From an uncultured Bacteroidales bacterium (GTDB taxonomy: Bacteria > Bacteroidota > Bacteroidia > Bacteroidales > WCHB1-69): a stretch of 64,000 nucleotides of DNA. Below the pieces are notes generated by a model. The model was not told where the DNA came from. It ran no database searches and saw only the letters and a list, made by a program, of their open reading frames with translations. A program made the position numbers and the translations under genes. Every line of letters starts with the position of its first letter. The first letter of the stretch is position 1. Below, one piece after another: positions 55,492 to 64,000 of this stretch. The stretch spans positions 33,977 through 97,976 of the forward strand of contig CAMVOL010000003.1 in assembly GCA_947169105.1 (NCBI GenBank), in the 5' to 3' direction.

Positions 55492-56808
55492 ATGACCCCT
55501 CCCCTATCGGAAAAAAATTTCAGCGTCACCCTTATCGGTGCGGGTAACGTGGCTTCATGGCTCGTTTTTGCCTTGACAAAGGCAGGTATCCCGATTCGGC
55601 AAATCTATGGAAGAAATCTGCAAAAGTGCCAAAAATTGGCAGAAAAATGCCATGCTGAAGCTATTGATAATCTTTCCAATTTAAAGAATAACAGTGATTT
55701 ATATATTTTTTCACTGAAAGATGATGCTTACAAGTTGGTGATTCCGTCGATACCTTTCCGTTTGCCAATGGCCGCCATCACGGCCGGGTCGGTTTCACAG
55801 GAGGTCCTCTCCCCTATCGCCGACCGCTACGGCGTGGTCTATCCTCCCCAAAGTTTTACGCAAGGCGCTGATTTTTCAGATATTGAAGTTCCTCTTTGTA
55901 TCGAAGGCAGTGATGAAAATACGGCAAAGGAACTGTTTGCCTTCGCTCAAAAAATCAGCAATAATGTACAATATGTGAATGAGTTGCAACGGAAACGTCT
56001 GCACATGGCCGCTGTCTTCTCCTCCAATTTCACCAACGCAATGTACGGCATCGGCTTTGATCTTTTAGAAAAGGAAGGCCTGGATCCGAAAATGCTGCTA
56101 CCCTTGTTACAGAACACCCTCGACAAATTACAGACACTTTCCCCGTGGCAATCACAGACCGGCCCGGCCAGCCGCAGCGACAAGAAAGTGATGAACGAAC
56201 ATTTGGAAATATTAGAAGACTCTGATTTACAGGATATTTACAAACTTATTTCCTATTACATTCTGAAAAAAACCAGCCCCGATACTATGGAAAAATACAA
56301 AGAAAAATTACAGAAAATCACCACGTTCATTTTTGATTTTGACGGTGTTCTGTCGGATGGAAAAATCCTCATCCTGCCGGATGGCGACCAGCTGCGATCT
56401 ACCAATGCCAAGGACGGTTATGCGATGCAATACGCTCTGAAAAAGGGATATAACGTGGCCATCATTTCTGGGGGCTACTCCGAAACGATGCGGCTTCGTT
56501 ACAAAAACTTCCCCAATATGGACATTTTCCTGAAGGTGCCGGACAAAGTGGCGAAACTGAAAGAATATATGGCGGAAAAAGGCCTGACGAACGAACAGAT
56601 GCTGATTATGGGCGACGACATTCCGGACATCGCGATGATGAAGATGGCGGCACTCAAATGCTGTCCCGCCGACGCGGTTACGGAAGTGAAGGAATTTTCA
56701 GACTATATTTCGTATCAGAACGGCGGAAATGGTGCCGTCCGTGACGTTATTGAACAGACAATCAAGGTACAAGGCCGCTGGCTGGAGGAAGATGCCAGCT
56801 TTTGGTAG
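55492..56808 (+). CDS. Rossmann/DUF2520 oxidoreductase fused to a KdsC-like HAD phosphatase
   Basis: IGAGNVA, LHMAAVFSSNF, QTGPASRSD, then FDFDGVLSDG, KDGYA, IISGG, GDDIPD, GGNGAVRDV in one frame. Confidence 0.9.
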   Translation: MTPPLSEKNFSVTLIGAGNVASWLVFALTKAGIPIRQIYGRNLQKCQKLAEKCHAEAIDNLSNLKNNSDLYIFSLKDDAYKLVIPSIPFRLPMAAITAGSVSQEVLSPIADRYGVVYPPQSFTQGADFSDIEVPLCIEGSDENTAKELFAFAQKISNNVQYVNELQRKRLHMAAVFSSNFTNAMYGIGFDLLEKEGLDPKMLLPLLQNTLDKLQTLSPWQSQTGPASRSDKKVMNEHLEILEDSDLQDIYKLISYYILKKTSPDTMEKYKEKLQKITTFIFDFDGVLSDGKILILPDGDQLRSTNAKDGYAMQYALKKGYNVAIISGGYSETMRLRYKNFPNMDIFLKVPDKVAKLKEYMAEKGLTNEQMLIMGDDIPDIAMMKMAALKCCPADAVTEVKEFSDYISYQNGGNGAVRDVIEQTIKVQGRWLEEDASFW

Positions 56809-56811
56809 CCG

Positions 56812-57354
56812 TTAGAACGGCGTGACAAACTCCCGCAGTGTCGGCCCGATCTTGTCCTTTTCGGAAAGAATCGGATTATCCACGCCCCACTCCACATGGA
56901 TGTCGGGGTCGTTGTAAACAATGTTTCCTTCCGACTCCTTGTTGTACAAATTGGAACATTTGTAGGCAAAGATGGTATTATCCTCCAAAACGGAAAATCC
57001 GTGGGCAAATCCTTTTGGCACAAATAGTTGGTGATGGTTCTCCCCTGTCAGCACTGCTGAAACGTATTGTCCGTAGGTCGGGCTTCCTGAGCGCAAATCC
57101 ACAGCCACATCCAAAACGGCACCCTGAATCACGCTCACCAATTTGGCTTGGGTGAACGGCGGCTTCTGGAAATGGAGGCCGCGCACCACATTCTTCTGTG
57201 AAAACGACTGGTTGTCTTGCACGAACGTCTCGCATATACCTGCGGCACGATACCGTTCTTCGTTGTAACTTTCGTAAAACCAACCTCTAGAATCTCCAAA
57301 AACCTGAGGTTCAATCAATAAAACTCCGTCAATCGGTAATTGTGTGATTTTCAT
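56812..57354 (-). CDS. rmlC: dTDP-4-dehydrorhamnose 3,5-epimerase
   Basis: Motifs FGDSRGWF, FVQDN, RGLHFQ, DVAVDLR, PKGFAHGF. Confidence 0.96.
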   Translation of the reverse strand: MKITQLPIDGVLLIEPQVFGDSRGWFYESYNEERYRAAGICETFVQDNQSFSQKNVVRGLHFQKPPFTQAKLVSVIQGAVLDVAVDLRSGSPTYGQYVSAVLTGENHHQLFVPKGFAHGFSVLEDNTIFAYKCSNLYNKESEGNIVYNDPDIHVEWGVDNPILSEKDKIGPTLREFVTPF

Positions 57355-57376
57355 AATATTGTTTATTTTTCATATT

Positions 57377-57555
57377 GAGACGCGGTGCACCCGTCTATTT
57401 TCTTTTGCCCCTACGGGGCGGATTAAGGTATTATTTTTTACTACCCCGGCCTACGGCCACCCCTTCTGCTGTGTTCTACTACCCTGCCCTTCGGGCACCC
57501 CTTCTACATAGAAGGGGAATATAACTTCCTCCATACCCTGACCCCTATACCCTGT
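57377..57555. repeat. Cluster of REP-like hairpins and direct repeats
   Basis: Degenerate GAGACG...CGTCT (57377-57396), GCCCC-TAC-GGGGC (57407-57419), 29-nt direct repeats at 57439-57467 and 57477-57505, and CCCCTTCTA-CA-TAGAAGGGG. Confidence 0.75.
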
Positions 57556-57558
57556 TCA

Positions 57559-58332
57559 CTACTCATAAACATGGGCGTCAATGCCGAGGGCGCGGACGCG
57601 GTCAGCAATCGGTTCCAAATCATTCTTATAAACCTTAACTAACTGTTTGGCAGGGGTTTCTCTATCAAGGGAATAGAGAACCACCCGCTTCGGACGGAGC
57701 TCATCGACAATTTTGAGCCACGCTGTGACATTCTCTTCAGAGGTGTTGTCGAAGGGCTTGCCGTCAATGATGCCCTTGAGGAACATCGACTGCATGATGA
57801 ATTTCCCGTGAAAGTCGCGAAGTCCTTCCAACGTCTGTTCCAGCGTAATCGGGATGGTGGGGCGGTTGATCAGCTGGTACAGTTCAGGGAGGCCGGCATC
57901 CAGTTTCAGCATCGGGTTCTCGATTTTGAGGAGGGCGCGGCGAACCTCATCTTTCAGTAGTTGCGTGGAATTGGTGAGAACCGTTATGACGGCCTCTGGA
58001 TAGTATTTGTCGCGGATAACCAACAGTCCGTCAATAATTTCTGGAAACTGCGGGTGCAACGTGGGTTCACCGTTTCCAGAGAATGTGATACTATCAATAT
58101 GCGTATTTTCCGCCCGGCACTTTTGCAACTTCGCCTCAATGGCTTGCAAAACAATGTCCGCAGGAGCAAAATTCTTAGCATCAATATCTTTCCGCAGTGT
58201 CCAGCCACATTCGCAGTAGATGCAGTCGAACGAACAGATTTTCACGTCAGTAGGGGAGACGTTGATGCCCAAAGAGCTGCCCAAGCGGCGGCTGTGAATG
58301 GGTCCGAAAGCGATGGATTCCCAGAGAAACAT
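57559..58332 (-). CDS. Radical SAM protein (TYW1-like family)
   Basis: FGPIHSRRLGSSLGIN, CxxxCxxC motif (CSFDCIYC), SGNGEPTLHP, KLDA. Confidence 0.9.
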   Translation of the reverse strand: MFLWESIAFGPIHSRRLGSSLGINVSPTDVKICSFDCIYCECGWTLRKDIDAKNFAPADIVLQAIEAKLQKCRAENTHIDSITFSGNGEPTLHPQFPEIIDGLLVIRDKYYPEAVITVLTNSTQLLKDEVRRALLKIENPMLKLDAGLPELYQLINRPTIPITLEQTLEGLRDFHGKFIMQSMFLKGIIDGKPFDNTSEENVTAWLKIVDELRPKRVVLYSLDRETPAKQLVKVYKNDLEPIADRVRALGIDAHVYE

Positions 58333-58458
58333 ACAAGTTGAGAGTTAAAAGTTATAAGTTTTGATGAAACGATAAGGATTATTGATTATTGCATAACGAG
58401 ATAAACCTTTTACTTTTTACCTATTACCTTTTACGAAACCAACGATTGGTCGCCATAA

Positions 58459-58528
58459 TATGACGGCCCTACATTATGAACTTGATGAACCTGCAACTTT
58501 ATAACTAATTTTGCCGTATTTTTGCCGC
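58459..58528 (+). repeat. Promoter-carrying dispersed element, copy 3 (-7 box at 58517-58524, upstream of folA)
   Basis: Reverse-complement match to 50201-50270 and 53515-53568. Its distal end is a GTAG-type hairpin (58448-58472). Confidence 0.8.
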
Positions 58529-58541
58529 AAATTTTCAGATT

Positions 58542-59030
58542 ATGATTCATATTATCGTCGCGACGGGAAAACGGGGAGAAATCGGCTATAAAAACCAGCT
58601 TCTTTGCCACCTTTCCGCTGATTTGAAGAACTTTAAGGAACTGACAACGGGACATACTGTTCTGATGGGCAGGAAGACATGGGACTCGCTGCCGAAGAAG
58701 CCGCTGCCGAACCGCCGCAATATCGTCATTTCCCGGAACCGCAATCTGCAATTGGATGGGGCGGAAGTTTTCACTACTCCAGAAGCAGCACTCGAAACCG
58801 TGAGGGTAGGGGAGGAGGTCTTCATCATCGGCGGCGAACAAATCTATCAACTATTTGTAAATAAAGCTGATATTATTCATCTGACCCGTATTCAGGCAGA
58901 ATTTGAAGCGGATGCCTATTTTCCTGAAATGAATCCTGATGATTGGAAATTAATAGAAGAAATTCCTCATCAAAAAGATGAAAAAAACTCGTATAACTTT
59001 GTTTTTCAAACATTTGTAAAGAAAAAATAA
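58542..59030 (+). CDS. folA: Dihydrofolate reductase
   Basis: Motifs ADLKNFKELTTG, MGRKTWDSL, PLPNRRNIV, FIIGGEQIY, ADAYFP. Confidence 0.96.
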   Translation: MIHIIVATGKRGEIGYKNQLLCHLSADLKNFKELTTGHTVLMGRKTWDSLPKKPLPNRRNIVISRNRNLQLDGAEVFTTPEAALETVRVGEEVFIIGGEQIYQLFVNKADIIHLTRIQAEFEADAYFPEMNPDDWKLIEEIPHQKDEKNSYNFVFQTFVKKK

Positions 59031-59593
59031 TGAAACGGCTCTTTATCGCCTTCAAACTGACATTAGCTCCAGAATCCGGCTCGCTCATAGAAAATCTAAA
59101 AAAAGGGACCCGCTTTGATGAAATTAAGTGGGTAGAAGGTGATTTACAGCATCTTACATTAAAATTCTTAGGGAAAACCCCCGACACTAAAATCGCATCA
59201 CTCTGCCAAACTTTAGCAGAAATAGCAAAGGAGACAGAATCTTTTACTTTGAAAATCAATAAATTGGGTATTTTCGGCAGTCACTATCACCCGACAACTC
59301 TTTGGCTGGGATTTGAAAAACAGCCTGTTTTGAACCAGTTGTTTGAAAAAGTGGAAAGCCGCCTTACGCAAGAACTTGGTTTTGAACCCAATGACGGCAA
59401 TTTTGTTCCGCACCTTACCTTAGGAAGAATAAAGAAGATTGACAACAAAAAACGATTTTGGGAATTATTTGAATCTTCACAACCAACAAATTTTCAAGAA
59501 TTTACAATAAATGAGATGATATTATACCGAAGCCAGTTGGAAAAAGACGGCCCGATTTATACGGAAATGGGCAAATGGAAATTGGAAAACTGA
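59030..59593 (+). CDS. thpR: RNA 2',3'-cyclic phosphodiesterase (2H family)
   Basis: RLFIA start and two HxT motifs (HLTLKFLG, PHLTLGR). Confidence 0.92.
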   Translation: MKRLFIAFKLTLAPESGSLIENLKKGTRFDEIKWVEGDLQHLTLKFLGKTPDTKIASLCQTLAEIAKETESFTLKINKLGIFGSHYHPTTLWLGFEKQPVLNQLFEKVESRLTQELGFEPNDGNFVPHLTLGRIKKIDNKKRFWELFESSQPTNFQEFTINEMILYRSQLEKDGPIYTEMGKWKLEN

Positions 59594-59614
59594 AAATTGA
59601 AAATTGAAAACTTC

Positions 59615-60634
59615 ATGAAAAACACAAAATTCTGGTTTTTAATAGGTTCCATTGTGGTGATTGTCGTGGGGACGATTGCGGCGGTTTGTGTGGGTGTTAT
59701 TTCGATTCCAATGGACGCGGTGTTCGGGATTGTAAAGGCTCGGATTTACGGACAGGAGGTGCCGACAGAATGGCAAACGTATGACATCACTGTTTGGAAC
59801 CTGCGAATTCCGAGAGTTCTACTGAGCTTGCTGGCGGGTGGCGCCTTATCCTTGTGCGGGGCGGCTTTCCAGACCATTTTCCGTAACCCCATCTGTGATC
59901 CGTATATCTTGGGAATTTCGTCCGGAGCTTCGCTCGGTGCGGCCATCGCTATCATCACCGGCTTGGATGCTTACTTTTTCGGACTCACTGGCTTAGCCCT
60001 TATTACGGCCATTCTCACCCTCATTTTGATTCTTGCTATCGCCTCTGTTGGAAAACGTAAATCCGTAGAAACCATATTGTTATCTGGTGTAGCCGTCAAT
60101 TTTCTCGTTTCAGCTGGCATCACCTTGCTGATGGTGCTACATCAGGAAAATCTGGACGAAATTATCTTTTGGACCATGGGAAGCTTTGCATCTTCCACAT
60201 GGGAAGAAATTTTTGGGCTTACGATTGTTTTCATATTAGTGGGTGGTTTTCTTTATTTTTATTCTAAAGAATTGAATATTTTACAATTAGGAACTGAAAC
60301 AGCACAAACTACAGGCGTAAATACTCGAAAAATAACTGTTTCTGTACTAATTATCTCCTCAATTTTGGTAGCAACGGCTGTTTCCTGTTGCGGGGTAATT
60401 GGTTTCATCGGACTGATGATTCCCCATATTGTAAGACTTTTGTTTGGAAACAAAACACGCACAGTTTTCACTTTTTCCATCCTTTTTGGTGCCATTTTCT
60501 GCCTCTTGGCTGACACTTGCGCCCGGACGTTAGCCGCACCTGCCGAACTTCCTGTCGGTAGCATTACCGCCATCGTCGGCGCACCCTATTTTATCTTCCT
60601 TTTGCTCACACAACGCAGACTTTCAGCCAGATAA
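59615..60634 (+). CDS. FecCD/BtuC-family ABC transporter permease
   Basis: Motifs LRIPRVLL, FRNPICDPYILGISSGA, GVIGFIGLMIPH, ELPVGSIT..GAPYF. Confidence 0.93.
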   Translation: MKNTKFWFLIGSIVVIVVGTIAAVCVGVISIPMDAVFGIVKARIYGQEVPTEWQTYDITVWNLRIPRVLLSLLAGGALSLCGAAFQTIFRNPICDPYILGISSGASLGAAIAIITGLDAYFFGLTGLALITAILTLILILAIASVGKRKSVETILLSGVAVNFLVSAGITLLMVLHQENLDEIIFWTMGSFASSTWEEIFGLTIVFILVGGFLYFYSKELNILQLGTETAQTTGVNTRKITVSVLIISSILVATAVSCCGVIGFIGLMIPHIVRLLFGNKTRTVFTFSILFGAIFCLLADTCARTLAAPAELPVGSITAIVGAPYFIFLLLTQRRLSAR

Positions 60635-61035
60635 TTTTTCAACATCTGGATGTTTAAAAATGATGATATTTTCTGATAAAAAACAGCCTCAAAACATCTT
60701 TTAAAAATACAAAAATATCTTTCAGTTTTTATCGAAAAAATATTGACGTTTTATCTTACGATTATCAACAAATTTTTGAAAAATAAACCTTTTTTTTTAT
60801 AAACAATTCACGTTTTCAACAATAAAATAAGTAATAAACTTTGACAATAATATCAATGTTTTACAGAAAAAAAAGGTGTTCAAACCGTGTTAGTAAAGAA
60901 TGAAAACTACAAATCCAAATTATATTCAAGAAACTTTTCAAAGATACAAACATCCATTAATATTCATCCTTTTTTCTTTTTTGAAATAAAAAGAAATAAA
61001 TGAAATATAAGATGATTGGCGACGTTTAAAAAAGT

Positions 61036-61815
61036 ATGAAAAAACTGCTTCTCTTTTTCTTTGTATTTCTTCTGGCTTGTCCGCTTTGGGCACAGACGAT
61101 TTCATTTAGGGGAACCGTGTATGATGCAGTAGCGTATATTCCGGTGAAAGCAGCTAACATTCTGAATCTGAATACGGGAAAATATCAGTTCACCGATGGA
61201 GAGGGCGTTTTTGTGATGAAGGTGTCACTTCACGACACGCTGATTATTTCCACTTCCACTTATCGTCAAAAAGTGGTCATAATTGACGAAAATATGTACA
61301 GAAAAGGACATGAAGACATTCTTCTGTACCATAAGGCGTTCATGCTACAGGAAGTGCGGGTGATTGCCTTGAATCCGACGTATGAGGGGTTTAAGCGCGA
61401 TATTGCCAACGCCAAGCTTCCTGATTCGTACAAGAACCTTGAGGGAGTTCATCTCACGAAAGAGGATAGGCAGAATGCTACCTATAAAGAGGAACCCAAT
61501 ATTCTGAAAAATACGGCGATAGGTAGTCCTATTTCGTTCTTATATAGTAAGTTCAACAAGCACGAAAAGACCAAACGCCTGTTTTATGAGATGCAGGGTT
61601 ATGGTGACGAGGTACAGCAGGTCCCGTTGAAATACAATCGTGAAATTGTTTCTAAAATCACTGGACTTTCAGGAAAGGATCTGATGGAATTTATGGTCTT
61701 CTGCCGTTTCAGCTACTACGATCTGGTGCGTTGGGACAGTAGTGAAATTATTGCGGCTATTCGCTATAAATTTTCTGAATATCAGTACTATAAGGCTTTG
61801 GAAGAGGAGGAATAG
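61036..61815 (+). CDS. Secreted hypothetical protein with a carboxypeptidase-regulatory-like N-terminal domain
   Basis: Signal peptide, GTVYD...TDGEGVF...LQEVRV, SPISFLY. Confidence 0.8.
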   Translation: MKKLLLFFFVFLLACPLWAQTISFRGTVYDAVAYIPVKAANILNLNTGKYQFTDGEGVFVMKVSLHDTLIISTSTYRQKVVIIDENMYRKGHEDILLYHKAFMLQEVRVIALNPTYEGFKRDIANAKLPDSYKNLEGVHLTKEDRQNATYKEEPNILKNTAIGSPISFLYSKFNKHEKTKRLFYEMQGYGDEVQQVPLKYNREIVSKITGLSGKDLMEFMVFCRFSYYDLVRWDSSEIIAAIRYKFSEYQYYKALEEEE

Positions 61816-62025
61816 ATGAAAGAATTCTGGCGAAAAAATATGACATGGTTTCATATCGCATCTATTCTGATTTGCGTACTTTTTGCTGTCTTTTATTGGT
61901 GGAAAGCGGGCCAGTTTTCGGAATATTTCTTCAAAAACCGGCTATATCTGATGATACTTTGGGGTATTCTGGTGGGTTGGATTACGGGTGACTTCCTAAA
62001 TGGAGCCAGAAATAGGAAGGAATGA
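61816..62025 (+). CDS. Small two-TM membrane protein
   Basis: 69 aa with two hydrophobic helices, abutting the upstream stop. Confidence 0.65.
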   Translation: MKEFWRKNMTWFHIASILICVLFAVFYWWKAGQFSEYFFKNRLYLMILWGILVGWITGDFLNGARNRKE

Positions 62026-62058
62026 GGGGGTGCTATTAAAAGATTAATGAGGATTGGA

Positions 62059-63999
62059 TTAGTAGCCGATGATGGTGAATTCGGTGCGGCGGTTTAGTGC
62101 CCGACCCTCTTCTGTGTCATTTGTGGCAACAGGCTTGCTCATCCCATAACCTTTGTAACTCATTCTTTTTGAATCAATTCCTTTATTTACAAGGAAATCG
62201 TAAACGGCTTTGGCCCGGTCGTTGGAAAGACGTTCATTGTAACTTTCGCTACCTTGGTTGTCGGTGTGGCCGCCAATCTCAATTATGATACCTTTGTTTG
62301 AGGTCAAATAATTGACCAATTTGTTTAATTCGACTTCCGACTCCTTTTTCAGCGTACTTTTGTCAAAATCGAAGAAAACATTCCGTAAAACGAAAGATTC
62401 ACCCACTTCCGGACGTTTCATTGCGATATTTTTCAGATAAGGGTTCAATTCGGTATAGTTTTTTTCAATCTGGAAATTTTCGGAATGGATGAGGTAGTAG
62501 GGGTGGGACACGTTGAGCAGAATGTTGCTCCCTGTGAGGATACAGGCAAGAAATTCGCCAGTAACCGGATCAGAAAAGGTGGAAGTGGTGACTTCGTTGG
62601 TGTTAAGGTCAATCATTTCGATGGCAGCGTGCAGAGGTTCGTGCGTATTTTCATCAAAAACCTTCCCCTTGATATAGGTCACGGGCGTTGGACGAAGCCG
62701 TTCATCCAATGCGAAATAGTAGAGGTCTTGTCCGCCATAGCCGCCTTCCTTATCGGTTGAAAAATAAGCCGTTGTACCTGCCGCATTGATAAGGATGTTG
62801 ATCTCGTCGGCGGGCGTGTTGATGGGATAACCAAGATTAACGGGGCGGGTCCAACCAGTGTCGGTAAGTGTGGCAAAGAAGATGTCTTTACCGCCCATTC
62901 CGGGGTGTCCGTCCGAGACGAAATAGAGGGTTCTTCCGTCGGCATGGATGAACGGCGCGGAGTCGTCACCCTCAGTGTTGATGTTTTTTCCGAGGTTTTC
63001 CGGTACAGAAAACAGCCCCTCTTCCGTCATTGTGGTTTTCCAAATGTCCATTTTTCCGAAGCCGCCCGGACGGTTGGAAGCAAAGTAGATGGTTTTTCCA
63101 TCAGGTGCGATAGAAGGCTGTGATTCCCAAAACTTTGTACAGACGGGTGCATCAAAGTTACGGGGCCTTGACCAGCGGTTTCCGATACGTTTCGACCAGT
63201 AAAGGTCGCAGCTTCCGTTACCAAAATCGGTATTACAAATGGTATAAAACAGGTATTTTCCATCGGGAGAAATACATTGTGCGCCTTCATTATATCCTGT
63301 ATTTATTGGATAATCAAGTTTGTAACGAGGTTTCCATTCTCCGTTTTCCCTTTTGCTGGCATAAAAATCCTCCTCCATTTGGCAGAAAGCACATTGGGTA
63401 TTATTGTCCCGGGGCCGCATCACTGTGAAGATAATTTCGGATTCGTCGGCCACGACTGCGGGCAAGTATTCATCATATTCTGAATTGATGTTTGGTCCGA
63501 TATTGATAGGGGAGAAGTCCACAGGATTTTTAATGGCATTGATAGCAAACTCGCACGTTTCCAATCCTTTATGTGTCTCTTTCATTAAGGGACAATTTGG
63601 TAAAGTTTTGTCAAGGTACGTGTTGTAATGGTCTCTGGCACTTTCATAACGGCCCACTTTAACCTCTTCTTCGGCGGTAATGAAATAGAGCAGCGGTTTC
63701 GGATTTTTGGCGTATTTCAGTGCCTTGTTATAACTGTCGGCAGCTAATGCGGACTTCAAGGAAAAATTGTACATATCTCCCTGAATCACATAAATATCGG
63801 CAAAAGTGGAGTCTATTTTTTTCGCTTTCATCAGGTAACTTTCCACCTTTTTGAAGTTCTTGTTGTTAAGTTCCACTTTCGCTTTTTTGCACAAATCAAT
63901 CAGTTTTTGGTTGTTTTGTGCCATCGTCGGGAAAAAGAGGGTGATTATAAACACAAAAATCGGCAAAATCCTGCCGATTTTTAGAATTGTATGGGAAAT
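62059..63999 (-). CDS. PorE-like TPR / PD40 / OmpA-domain protein (start probably just outside the window)
   Basis: TPR-like N-terminus, PD40 repeats (SPDGK, NLGxxINT), OmpA motifs GHTD..GS..YN..LS..RA and NRRTEF. The frame stays open to the right edge. Confidence 0.9.
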   Translation of the reverse strand: MSHTILKIGRILPIFVFIITLFFPTMAQNNQKLIDLCKKAKVELNNKNFKKVESYLMKAKKIDSTFADIYVIQGDMYNFSLKSALAADSYNKALKYAKNPKPLLYFITAEEEVKVGRYESARDHYNTYLDKTLPNCPLMKETHKGLETCEFAINAIKNPVDFSPINIGPNINSEYDEYLPAVVADESEIIFTVMRPRDNNTQCAFCQMEEDFYASKRENGEWKPRYKLDYPINTGYNEGAQCISPDGKYLFYTICNTDFGNGSCDLYWSKRIGNRWSRPRNFDAPVCTKFWESQPSIAPDGKTIYFASNRPGGFGKMDIWKTTMTEEGLFSVPENLGKNINTEGDDSAPFIHADGRTLYFVSDGHPGMGGKDIFFATLTDTGWTRPVNLGYPINTPADEINILINAAGTTAYFSTDKEGGYGGQDLYYFALDERLRPTPVTYIKGKVFDENTHEPLHAAIEMIDLNTNEVTTSTFSDPVTGEFLACILTGSNILLNVSHPYYLIHSENFQIEKNYTELNPYLKNIAMKRPEVGESFVLRNVFFDFDKSTLKKESEVELNKLVNYLTSNKGIIIEIGGHTDNQGSESYNERLSNDRAKAVYDFLVNKGIDSKRMSYKGYGMSKPVATNDTEEGRALNRRTEFTIIGY

Positions 64000-64000
64000 T

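Noticed and set aside
57439-57505. 29-nt direct repeats as a mini CRISPR array
   Set aside because: There are only two imperfect copies with a 9-nt gap and no cas genes.

Overview
This is a chromosomal window from a Bacteroidota genome, probably Bacteroidales (TAnnTTTG -7 promoters, T9SS C-terminal domains, PorV- and PorE-like genes). The ORF track misses the dominant feature: one minus-strand reading frame that starts at ATG 25270 and runs off the left edge with no stop (at least 8,423 codons). It encodes a signal peptide and about 85-90 two-Cys Ig-like domains in about 27 three-domain (A-B-C) super-repeats. This gene contains a recent 843-nt tandem duplication, domain-scale GC mosaicism and very dense O-glycosylation sequons. 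The long + strand ORFs in 1-25 kb are antisense shadows of it. Next come a housekeeping run (greA, HIT, split transketolase N-half, LptF/G, GT4, dxs, glnA) and an uncharacterised three-gene outer-membrane locus (TonB-dependent receptor, 1582-aa CTD protein, PorV-family barrel). Further right are mutS, an MbnP-family lipoprotein with a REP palindrome inside its signal peptide, and two unusual fusions (DegT aminotransferase + P-loop kinase; DUF2520 + KdsC). The rest is ispE, rmlC, a radical SAM gene, folA, thpR, an ABC permease and a PorE-like OmpA protein. Several small dispersed repeats occur, including a 55-70 bp element that carries a promoter. I found no rRNA, tRNA, CRISPR array, transposase or integrase.
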